From the NCBI GenBank assembly GCA_013203315.1, contig JABMQJ010000026.1, positions 41,006 to 105,005 of the forward strand: a DNA stretch of 64,000 nucleotides, in the 5' to 3' direction. The notes under the pieces are model-generated. The model made no database searches, was not told where the DNA came from, and worked only from the letters and a program-made list of their open reading frames with translations. This stretch comes from Candidatus Omnitrophota bacterium. Lineage in GTDB: Bacteria; Omnitrophota; Gorgyraeia; JABMRN01; RBG-13-46-9. The translations under genes and the position numbers were made by a program. This document shows, in pieces, positions 31,701 to 43,700 of the stretch; positions within the stretch are counted from its first letter, which is position 1; each line of letters opens with the position of its first letter.

Positions 31701-34700
31701 CGGTAACCCGGAAAAAATAGATTTAGAACTAGCGGAAAAACTCTACCAGGAAAAGCGAGCCAAAATACAGGCCGAAGCTAAGGCGAGCGATGAAAAAATT
31801 GACAGCCTGGAAGTCCGGGTAACCATAGCTAGGCAAGCTGTCGATAGTGCTAAAAAGGCTCTTACAGAAGAAAAAGAGGCGAAGAAAAAAGCCCTTAGGC
31901 TAGCCGAACTCGAAAAAGCGAAAAGTAACTTACAAAGCGCGCAAACTGATCTCGAACTGGAAGAACTCCAAGCGCAGGCATATAAAGGTGTCCAGCGTGT
32001 GCCGAGAGAGGAAGGGATTTCAGTAAAAGAGGCGGAAAAATTAAGGCTAAGGTTGGCAGAAGCAAAGCGAAAGGCGGATGTCATAGATGAAGAAACTGGA
32101 AGGGTGGAGCCACAAGAGGCAAGGGAAAGAGAAGCTAGGGTCAGCGGTGCTGTTAATTTTAGAATTGTCCTCCTCGACCCAAGGAAGCCGGATACGTCTG
32201 AATATGATATCGAAGCCCTTAGAGAAGAATCCAGAGAAAAAGTCGAAGAAGGATTAAAAAATTATAAAACTCTTAAAGTTCAAGCCGCACGATATGGTGT
32301 AGAGCTGGCGTGGCTGAATTATCTTAGGGCAATAGCGGTAAAACAGTTAAATCAATTCAAAGGCGACCTTCCGGCGTTAAAGCCGTTTGACAATGAAGAG
32401 ACCAGTAGAATGAGGAGATTTACAAAATTTGTATCGGAATTAGATGCCAAAATTGCTAATATTGACGGAAAATTGGAAGAAACGGAAAAACAGATTCCCT
32501 ACGCGGGCGATGCGATTGGCGTGGTATACGTGGGCGACAAGATTGCCATAATAGTAGAAACCAAGCCCAACGGGAAAGAAGCAATAAGAGAGCTGAAGAA
32601 AATAAGTGAAAAAGATCGCGCCGCCGTATTGAAAGAGATAGAAGACCGGGACCCTGAACTGAGGCGGTTGAAAGCCCTTCGCGCACAAGCCCAAAAAATG
32701 CACGAGGCCACAGAGCCCCAACTGGGTTTTCTACCCGTTATTGATTTAAAGGGCATGTCTGGCATACCTATAACAGGCGCCCAGCTTGACCTTACATGGA
32801 CTCTTTTCGATTCCGGGCTTAACGAGGCCAATAGGTTACTGGCGTGGATAAAATTAGTAAGGCAGGACCTATTAATTAAAGTGGAAGAAAACAAAAAGTA
32901 CAACAGTCTTATTTTAGCCCTGGATCAACTTGAGAAGAAGACTTTGCGTTTAAAGAAGGCTGCAACGGCTAGAATGCGCTATCTCGGTTACATGGATGAG
33001 AACGGTAAGTTCGTTCCGGGTTTATTGACAGATGTCATAGAATCGTTGGACAATCAGAATACGAATTTGGATGAAGTTAGAAGAATTTTCCGAGAGTCGC
33101 AGGACGCGGTAAGCGAAAATGCCGAAGCCGCTTTTGAAAGTTTAGCCGCCGTAGAAAATTTTATCGTTTCTTTAGAAGTAATAGGTGTTGATCCCGCAAA
33201 ATATCTTAAAAAGCCAAAAAAATTATCAAAACCGGCCATAGAACCTGCGCAGCCGACGACTACTAGGCCGAGCGTTGCGCCGGCGGTGAGTGAATACAAA
33301 GTTCCCACCCAAAAGGTGCAAGATAAGGACATAAAAGACGAGATAGGGATTCTTATAGAGGCATCCGGCATGAGTGAACGAGCGGCCGTATTTGCGGTAA
33401 TATCTGCTAAACGATTTGTCGAGATGAACCGTAATATAGTTAACGTGCAGGGCCGTGAGCCATGGACGTCTAAATTACACTTTATAGGGATGTCAGAATA
33501 CGCCAGAAAAATAGCACGGAAAATGGCAGAAGATCCGGGCTTCAAAATTCCTGATCACCTCGGCTTCAGAAGCATCTATGATTTATCTACTACAATGGAG
33601 GAATCGGGACAAGTTAACGACCCAAAGACAGGCATTTATCCGGGCCTGTTCAACCTGCTTGGCCTGGCACATTATATGCAATGCTACGAAGATAGATTTG
33701 GTAAAGAGAAAGCCACGGCCCATTTTAATGAGGTTATAGCTAAAATTAAAGGTCCAAGGGATGAAGGATGGGAGATAGGGATACAGAAAAGATTAGCGGA
33801 ACTTGGCCTTGGAAAAACAGAAGAGGAGATGCATGCAGGCAGGGTTGCCCTTTCCGGTATAGCCGGTAGAGCTGTCGGCAGAGACCTTAACGTTCACACG
33901 AACCTTCATGACATGGGTATTGCGGGCAGGTTCTACAATTTCGGCCTTTTGCAACACTTAAATCCGGGGCAACTTGATGCTATGGTAGATGTTATGCGGG
34001 AACTACGGTCGTTCCTTAACAGTATATTCGATAATTATGGGGACATGACGAATGACGAATTATCAAAACAGCAGGGTTCCTACAGGCTGAGATTGAACAG
34101 TGAAAGATTGAAGACGCTTACTCCCGGAACGCCGGAATATAAACATGTTGAGATGCTCGTAGAAAGGGCAAGAAATGCGCTCATAGAAGAATTAGAACTC
34201 GACCGTCTCTTCAGCGCCGCCAGGGCAATATTAGAGCAGAGCGGCAAGGTGCTGAAGAATATGTCGAAGAAGGACATACAGGCAATTCTCAAGACCACGA
34301 TTAGAAGCAAGGCGTGGCGTGACTCCCTGCAAGATAATATAATTCCACGAATGAAAGGTGAAGACGGCAAGTTCCTAAGCGATTACGAAAATCCTTTATT
34401 TGACGCACTTAACTTTTCCGATAGTCGCGGAAAAGCCTACCCGGGCAAGGACGCAAAAGGAAAACGCGTAACTTATTTTGTGGAAAGGATGAAAATCGAT
34501 GGAAAAGGAAAATTACAGCCGGTTGTAAAAATTATCTACGCTGGCGAGCAAGAACCGCACAAAATCTATATAGGCCACTTTGACAAAGAAGCATGGTTAA
34601 AGGGAGACGCGTTGCCTATTCTGGACTTGGAAGGGAACAAGCCAACAAAGCCCGTCATAGAATTAGGTCCCGCTATAGAAGTAGAAAAAGGCATAGAGGC

Positions 34701-37700
34701 GGTTCCCGAACCCGAACCCGGAATCGGCCCACGCGGGGCGATAGGTCTCTTGGGCGAGGCTGACGAAGTCGAGAAAAAGTTGCTAAGTGAAACCGGAAGA
34801 CGCGAGTATGTGCCGTTGTCCGCAGCCGGAATGAAGGGTCTCCTGGCGGTATACCAGCGTGACGAAAAAACGGGCGTACGCGGTATGCGGATAGGAACCG
34901 TAAAAAATCTAAAGCTAAATGAAAAAGGAGAAGTCATAGGTGGGGATATTGTTGAGAAGAAATCGCTAAGTGAAACCGGAATACGCGAGTATGTGCCCCT
35001 GTCCATAGAAGGTATGGAGGGCTTCCTGGCAGTATACCAACATGACAAAGAAACGGGTGTACGCGGCGAACGAATAGGAACTGTAAAAAATCCAAAGATA
35101 AATGAAAAAGGAGAAGTCATAGGCGGAGATATTGTTGATAGAAGAAGAACCGCTACAATTGGCTCACGCGAATACGTAATTGCAAGAGTTGAAGATGGAA
35201 ATGATATACCGGAAAGCCTAGCATACCTTCCTGGAGACATGAAGGATGTAGTGCTTGTGTATTCCGGATATGACGAAAACCAGCCGATAGGATACGCTGA
35301 AAGCGGTAAGATCAGCTTCAACGAAGACGGAACAGCCACGTTAAGCGATGATGTCATAATTATGAGGACAGCCCGGGTGCCGTTTACAGGTGAACTTGGG
35401 GCAGTAGGCCACCTTTATGCAAATGGAGAATATTACAATCTTCGTAAGGGCGAAGTTCATGGTTTTGACGGAAAATATACTGCGAAATTATACAAAATCA
35501 AAGAATTCGAAAAAGAACGTGTAGAAATAAGATTTACAAGTACCTCGAAACATCCACGTCATGATTCGGCCAGAGAATCTATCGTATTGGTCCAGGACAT
35601 GGAAACAGGCCTACCTATCCGTGAAGAAAATGTGCCACTGGTGATACGCGATGGAAAACAAGCTTATGTTGTTTACGGGACAATACACTTTTTCAATTGC
35701 AATGAAGAAGGAAGGCCGCAGTACGTGGAACTACGATTATCAGACGGCAAATTCCATGATGGCGTGTCAACGCGCAAGGCTAAAACAATACGATCAATGG
35801 AATGCGAATACAGAGAAGACGGAACGCGTGTCAATACCCGATGGACATACGGAAAAGGAAAAGAGTGGTGGAAGAACAAAATCTTCCAGCGTGGAGTAGA
35901 AGCCGTTGTGGCCCCGGCAACTCGCATGAAAGGCGTATCGGTTGTCACGCTTGCTCAAGTAAGGTGGAAAAATGCATGGTGGAAAACCCAGGCAAGTTTT
36001 GGAAGTGGGATAATAAAGTTAACAGAGCCATTATCCCAAACCGACAGAGGGTGGGAGGCATGGCAGTCAGAGTTTGACGTTGAAATGCAGGATGCCGGAC
36101 ATTCCACCGCACCGATGGGAAGTGCTCAACAAGCTGCCCCCCATGACGATAATTGGAAAGATATGACTAAATTACCGCCGCAACCCCGCACCGCAATAAC
36201 TCCGAATAGTATTGCAGGAGAGGTCTACGAGATAAATAAGGTGATCGAAAAGCACCATCCCAATCTCATGAAAAGGCTTAATCAACATTTGTCGCAAGAA
36301 AATTGGAACGAATTCTGGGCTGATATATGCGAGATACACCGATTAAACGTATGGCCTGCCAGGGTCCACCTTGAAGGCGTTGCGCACTATCTCGATCTTC
36401 TTTTAACTGAAATCGAAGAAGAAGGAGGAGACGTAACTCTTCTTTTCAGTGACCTCGAATTGGCAACGATTACATTTAAGGATAGAAAGCTTCGGGGAGT
36501 ACTTGCAGCAGGAACAAGAGGAACTGACCCAGCGTTAGGCGAGGGATTGGATATTTTGATAAATGTTTTAAAAATTGCAGATAACCTAAAAAGCCGCGAA
36601 GATTCAATACTTTATATGAGTGAGTGGGAGATGAAGGCGCTTGGCGCCGAAACCAAAGAAGGAATAGTCACAGCAAGGCTTCGCATTTTCCTAAAATTTC
36701 TTACAGACTATAAAAACGGAAAAATGACCAAGAGAGATTTTGAATACGAACTAAAAATCGTGAACAACACAATTCACGAGTACGCAGTCCGGCATAATAG
36801 AGATGAACAACGCCAGGGAATAAGAGCTATCAAACCACTGCTGAAAAAACTTTATCCGGGACAGGAAAGATTGGATGAAGAGATCAACGTGTATGAAGCA
36901 TCCGCGAATATGCTCTACTGGTTTATGGTAATGCTGGACCTCTCGCCGAAAAAAGTCGAACAACTTATGCCGCTACTTTCCAAGTTAAAAGCACGCCTCA
37001 ATGAGTCATTGTTGGAATATGATGAATCTTTTGTGGAAATATTATTATACATAGCGTCTTTCAGGATATCCGGACCGAAGACTTACGAAGCTGACCGCCT
37101 CTTCCGGGCCAAGTTACAAGCACGCCTCAATGAGTCATTGTTGAAATATGATGAATCTTATATGCCAACATTATTAAACATAGCGTCTTTCAGGATATCC
37201 GGACGCCACACAACTAATAGAGGTATCGCGAGGGCTTACGAAATTGACCGCCTCTTCTGGGCGTTGATAGCACTGGTAGAGAATACCACTGACACGGAAA
37301 TCGCAGACCTTACCACGGAAGAAATCGAAGATATGATGAATAAAACAATCAACAATGATAGATGGATAGAATACTTTAATATGGCAATCGATGTTCAGAT
37401 AAAAAATGACACGATGCCCGATGTGTTTAAGTCAGCTTATTATGCAAGTGCGTCTCAGAGGCCACCCGCAAAGATAGCACGAATAAGAGAAGATGTACCT
37501 ACAAAAAGTGACACACACTATCTGAGCATAACCTATATACCAGGCTCTGAAATAAAAGAATCCAACGTAAAAGCCTATACCGTATCCGAAGATGCAGATG
37601 GGAAGCAGGAGATGATGAAGTTTATTATAAAGAAGGATGCAGAGGGCCACCCGATAGTAGAGCTTTTTAAGGGTGGCGAAAGCGATCCCAGCCAGGTTTG

Positions 37701-40700
37701 GGAAGGCGTATTCGATGTGAATGAATGGCTTGTAGGATCTGAGCTGGAAGAATGCATTACAATAGACGGGAAACCCGGCAAGCTTTTAGAGACATTAGAA
37801 GAGGCAGAGGTCATCGAAGAACTAGGAGAAGAGGGTGTGCCGGCGCTTCCCGCTCCAGAAGTTCCTGGACCCGCAGTCGGCGAACGCGGGCCAATAGGTG
37901 CCTTGGGCGCAACTAAACCGGCAGAAAAAGTATTGGCAACAACGCCGGATGGAACAAAAAAGTTCGTCCAGCGTCCGGATGGCAGTGTATGGCTAGTGGC
38001 GAAAGGAGACCCGAATCATCTTGAGATGTCTAGAGGAAAGACGCAAGCATGGGCGGACAGGAAAAATGCGCCACCCGAACCTCGCAGTGATATAAACCCG
38101 GAAACGATAAGCGAGGAAGTAAGCGGAAAAACGGAATCTATCGCTGCAACGCTTGAAAAATATTACCCGGAAGAAATGAAAGCGCTTTCCGAAGTTATTA
38201 CGCCGAAACAGTGGAACGAAATGTGGGCAGAAGTTTGCGAAGTTCATAGGCTAACCCCTAGAGGGGCCAAGGAGCATTTAGAGCGCGTAAATTATTGGTT
38301 GAATGAAATTCTTAAATGGGAAGAAAATAATGGTGTAAAAATTGACATTCCGGAGGATATGTACTCGCTTCTTTACGCCATTCGGCCGCTAAAAAATGAG
38401 GTATGGCCCATAGAGAAGGCGCTTCCCGGGTTACTGCGAAAATTGACCTATGTCGATTTTATGGCATCATTGGAAAAGCATAGGTTGTTATTTGATGCCC
38501 CGGTTCTGAAGCTAGCCGACGCAACAGTCAGGAAAGATCTTCGGGAGGTTTTCGTTCGTTTCTTCAAGATACTAAAGGACCATCAGAAAGGGAAGCATGA
38601 CAAGAGTGCCATTTTAAGATTTAGAAGGGAAATAGATGATAGAAACGCAGTGATTGTTGATCTCGCATTACGGCATAATACCGGGGAGCAGCTAACTGGT
38701 GAGACCGCTGCGCTTGAAAAAATCTCAAAACTTTTCCCGGAGTGGAAACTAAAGTATGGAGTGAGCCAGAAGGGTTTTCACGACTCTCATATATTGTTTT
38801 CATTTTACATGTTTATGGTAACCCAGGACCTTTCATCCGGTAAGATCGATGAGCTTATGCCTTTATTGCAGGCGCTGAAACCTTTTCTTAATGATTCCTT
38901 CGGCGAATACAAAGACATGGAATTAGGTAAGTTGCTAAAAACGCCGCGTGGCTTCGATCTTGACGGGGTTATACAAGTGTGGAAAACTCTGGGTGAGGAC
39001 TTAAAGAAGCTTTGGGGCGGCGAGGTGCATAAGCAAATGCTTAGAGGCCTTGAACTTGACCGTCTCTTTGAGGCAGCACGGCTAATAGTAGAATATCACA
39101 GCGGGGGAAAAAGGATAAAGGATTTATCAGGAAAAGAGATACAAGAGATTCTAAAACAGACGCTCGGGAAGAAAGGCTACACGGGATTTCTTGCCAGGGT
39201 AATTAATATTCAAAAGAAGAACGGCCTTACCCCGGACATGCATAAATCAATTGATTGCGCGAATACACGCAAGACACCGCCACAAGCCGAAACGGTGACA
39301 AGAAAAGACCTCCCCGGAAAACTACCGGGAGGAAAATATTACCTGAGCACGACCTACGAAAGCGGCTACAGGACCCCGGAGGAATATACCTTATATAAAG
39401 ATGCGGAAGGAGAGACAAAGATAATAACATTTTCTCTAAGAAAAGACGGAACTGTTAGGATAATATACGGCAATGATGAGGCGGCTTCGCAAGTTTGGAA
39501 GGGCAAATTTAATAAGAATGCGTGGTTACAAGGAAAGGCTTTAAAAGATTGCATTACAATAGACGGCGAAAAAGGCCAGCTTTTAGAGGAATTAGGTAAG
39601 CCAGAAGATGTGGAAAAAGGTATAAAACTAGAAGAGCCTGCGGTGCCCACGCCCACGCCTGCGCCCGGAATAAGTGAACAGGTACTTGGACGTGCAACTC
39701 AAGGCGCAAAGAGCGCAGTTGCAGGCACCGGTTCACCTTTGACGAATTTTGTGATGATCGTAGGTATGAGTGCGATAGGCGTTGTAACCGACTCTCAACA
39801 AGCACAAGAGCCCCCAGCGCAAGTGGCGCAAGTGGCACCGGCGAAGTCGGCGCAACCGGCGAAAAAGGCGGCGACGCCGCCGGCGCAAGCGAAAAAGCCG
39901 ACAACGCAGAAGGCACAAACACAACCCGCAGCGAAACTGAAACCTGCTGAAAAAGCTAATCTACTCATGAACTACAGTGGGCCAGATGGAAAAGATTCAT
40001 ACGGCCGTAATGCCGGAGAAAATTTCTGGGGACATGTTGGCATAAGCGATCCTATACAGGCAGAAAAAACAAGAAAAGCTTTTCGACACATGAAAAAGCT
40101 GGGCATCGACTCCGTGAGAATGGGATTAGTAGCCGATGGCCGCTCACTAATGGACGAAAATGGAAAGGTTGACCCCCAAAAACTTAATAAGTTCATGGAG
40201 GACGTAGAGGCTTTACTTAAAATTGCAGAGGAACAAGAAATCCAAATAGAAATAGAATTTTCCCTTATCGACCATCTTATAGCGTATAAGGGCAGAATAG
40301 ATAACGGCGTCCCAATTTTTGGTAGGGATGAAGTAATAAAAGACGCTGCAGGATTTGTTAAAGACTTCCTGACACCATTCCTTCAGAAATTCGGGAAACA
40401 TAAGGCGATAAAAGGAATCGACATTATAAACGAACCGGAATGGATCTGGATTAATACCCCCGTTACAAAGGACAAGGTAAAACAATTTATAAGAATATGT
40501 TCGAAAGCCATAAGGAAATGGGCTCCGGGTAAAACCATAACAGTCGGTGTTAATACCGAGTATACCGGAGAAATGGCCGCATTAGTTCGCGAAGGCGTGC
40601 TGGACTACGTAGCCATTCACCACTATGAGGATAGGTTCAGAAGGAAAAAAGCCGACGGCACATTCGAGAAAGATAATTTCGCGACATTAGAACGCTTCGT

Positions 40701-43700
40701 AAAGGCACTTAGCGTGCCTGAGGCACAAAGAGTGGCATGGGCAATCGAAGAATCCCAGATAAGAGAAGAAGATATCCCTCGGGTTCTGGAAATCATTAAT
40801 AAGTATAACGGAAAGATAATCGGAATTTGGGGATGGAATGATAGTGACAAGAGAAGCCTTAACCCGGCAACGCGCGGTCCCTTACTTAACAAACTGCAAC
40901 AGCTTAGAAAAGAACTACCTGTGCCGCCTACTGTGACACCGCCCATGCATACCGTAGAAATGACGAAGGCGGTTAGCGAATTAGACCCCGGAAAAGCGCC
41001 GAACGAACCTGTTTCCCCTCTAACAGCACCCAAGATTGTGCGCCCGTCCAAAAAAGACATTAACCGGGTCCGCGTGCGCAAGAAAAAAGACGAAGACGGA
41101 AAAATTAGCGAATCCTATAGATATGAAAAACGAACGAGAGATCACGAAGACCCCAGAAAGCGCAAACACAGCAAAATTCTTGATATCGGCGTTGGAGAAG
41201 TAGAAAGAACGGAAATTCCCAGAGCAGGCGTCGACCTTATTTATATAATACAGTTTGACCCTTTAACAACAGAAATAGTACGCATGGAGTTATGGCGCGG
41301 GAAGTTAAAGGTAGAAGACAAAGGGAAGGTAATAAGCTACTTACCTGAAGGAGACCTTGAGCCCATGCTCGTAGAGTACGCGGAATTCGAATACAATCCT
41401 GACAAGACAGTAACGATGCGCCTCGCAAGGCGCGATGTTCTGGGAGGCGAAGAAAACTACATAGAGGAATACGTATTTAAAAAAGTAAAATTCGAGGATG
41501 GCAAAATAAACATAATGGTTTCGAAGACTGTCTATGACAAAAGCCTCGTAGAAAAAGCTACGGTAATTACGCAGATTGACAGGAATGAAAAAACCGGCGA
41601 AATAACAGAAAGGGAATGGATACAGTGGCAGGGCCAAGAACTGCAGAAGTCATCGATGACTGTCTACGCCTCTCACATAGATAAAACGGGCTTCTTGGTA
41701 TGGGAAAGGCAAAGACGCAGAGACTTTGGCACCGGTGCGTGGTTAGAGACATTACGCAAAAAGGTTAAAGGGCAGAAAATAGAAATTGAGAAAGGTAAAA
41801 ATAAAAAGGGCGCGTATTATGATGGCAAGGGAGGAAAAAGCCGCATTTACTATGCAGATGGCGGTAGGTGGGTTAGCATGGAAGACGGCGTTTCCGCTGC
41901 GGCCGAAATTAAGAAAGGCCAGAAGAGAGATAAGCCGTTCGACCCTATAAAAATCGGTTATACCGAAGCCATAGATATAGAAGGCAAAAAACATGTATTA
42001 TATGAAGCCGACACCGAGATAGAGAACAACGCAAAGTTTGACCACAAAAATAATACACTTACATTACCTGAGGAGATTACCGTTGATGGCAAAGACTTTA
42101 AAATCCCCGATGCCGCGCGAACTTACAAACTCCCTGCTAAACTACCTGGCGATAGGGCGATATATAAATTCCATGTAAAGAGGGAATACGACAGCGAGAA
42201 GAATAAAGTGTTAACTACCCAAGTAGAGTGGGTAGTAAGGGATGAGGCGGAAAAGCTGATCTACAAGGTTACAAAGAATTTGATAACGGGCGAGACAGAA
42301 GTTTATGAACTTCATCCCGAGATGAAGATGGAAATAACCGAATTGGAACTTGAAGCAAAACCGGGCGAACATCATGACCAGACACATAAAGATGTTTCGG
42401 AAGGGACATTTTACGACGAAAAGGGTAGAGAAAAGGGAAAAGTATATCACAGAATGGTTTTTGACCCCAGGTACAGGGATAAAGACAAATGGCGTTTCCT
42501 GCAGGAAAGAGGAAAAATAGTCGAAGAGAAGGTGCGTGATGTCGAGAACAACAGGGAAATCACCGTGCTTTATAGCATAACAGAAACGATAGAGTTCAAA
42601 GAAGATGGTTCGCAGGTCGTGAGAAAGGTAAAAGTATCCGTAGATGAAAATTATAAACCCGATGGCAGGGTTCGAGAGGAGCTCATTGTAAAAAAGGATA
42701 AATATGGCAGGATCAAACAGGTTGATGGGGAACCGGATAAATTTGGCATACGCGACGGGCTTACTACTCAGGGTGTTAAGGATGTCGGAAAAAAGACAGA
42801 ATCCCGCTTTACCCCGCAAACGTATAAATTTGTGCCGGTTACGAAACCGGGGCAGGAGTTGCCGGGGTTAATTACGGATAATAAGGGTGTGCAAAAGGAA
42901 TATGTGCTCGCGACTACAGGACGCGATTCTAAAGGTAAATTAGTTCTAAATTTCAAAAAAACCGATAAACGCTTCGGTTACACCCAAGTTGTGGTGCCCG
43001 AAGGCGCAAGATGGGTTACAGAGACTAAGGAAGATGTAATAAGGGATGAAAAAACAGGGAAAGAGATTACAAAGAAACAAGTGGTATTTGGCCTCTACGA
43101 CGCCCATGGGAAACCTTTATATCAGGATATAGCTACTAAATACGGTGATAACGGAATAGTCCACCAGGTTTTGGTTTATAACCCCACTGATAGCACGATG
43201 GCAGAATACGCCACCTACAGAAAAAATTGGCAGGATAAAGAAACACTCATGCTGAAAAAAGTTTCACAACTCCTGCGCTATCGCAACTCCGAACTGATCG
43301 ATCAGTGGTTACTATTATACGAAGAATCATATCTAAAAGGATTTGTAAGGGAATACACATATGATATGCAAAGGGCCCTTAGCGGCGCTTTTGGCGGCAT
43401 GCAACCCCTCACGAGTAAAAAATGGAAACTAAACAAAGACGGTTCGCGCGGCGAATTGACAGAGCACATGGCATTTCTTTACTATGGGCCGACAGGGCAG
43501 CGCCTGATTGTAGATATGCGTGACAGGAGAGACGACAACGGAAACCTCATAGATCACGAAACGCCGTTGGCAGCGGGTCAGGCAGTGACGGGCCTTGTTA
43601 CCCCGTTTGCAATAGGGGAAGAATTCGAAACAGAAGAGTGGAATACAAAGATTGTAGAGCGTCCGGACGGAACGCTATGGATTGACACTTCACAAGGCGA

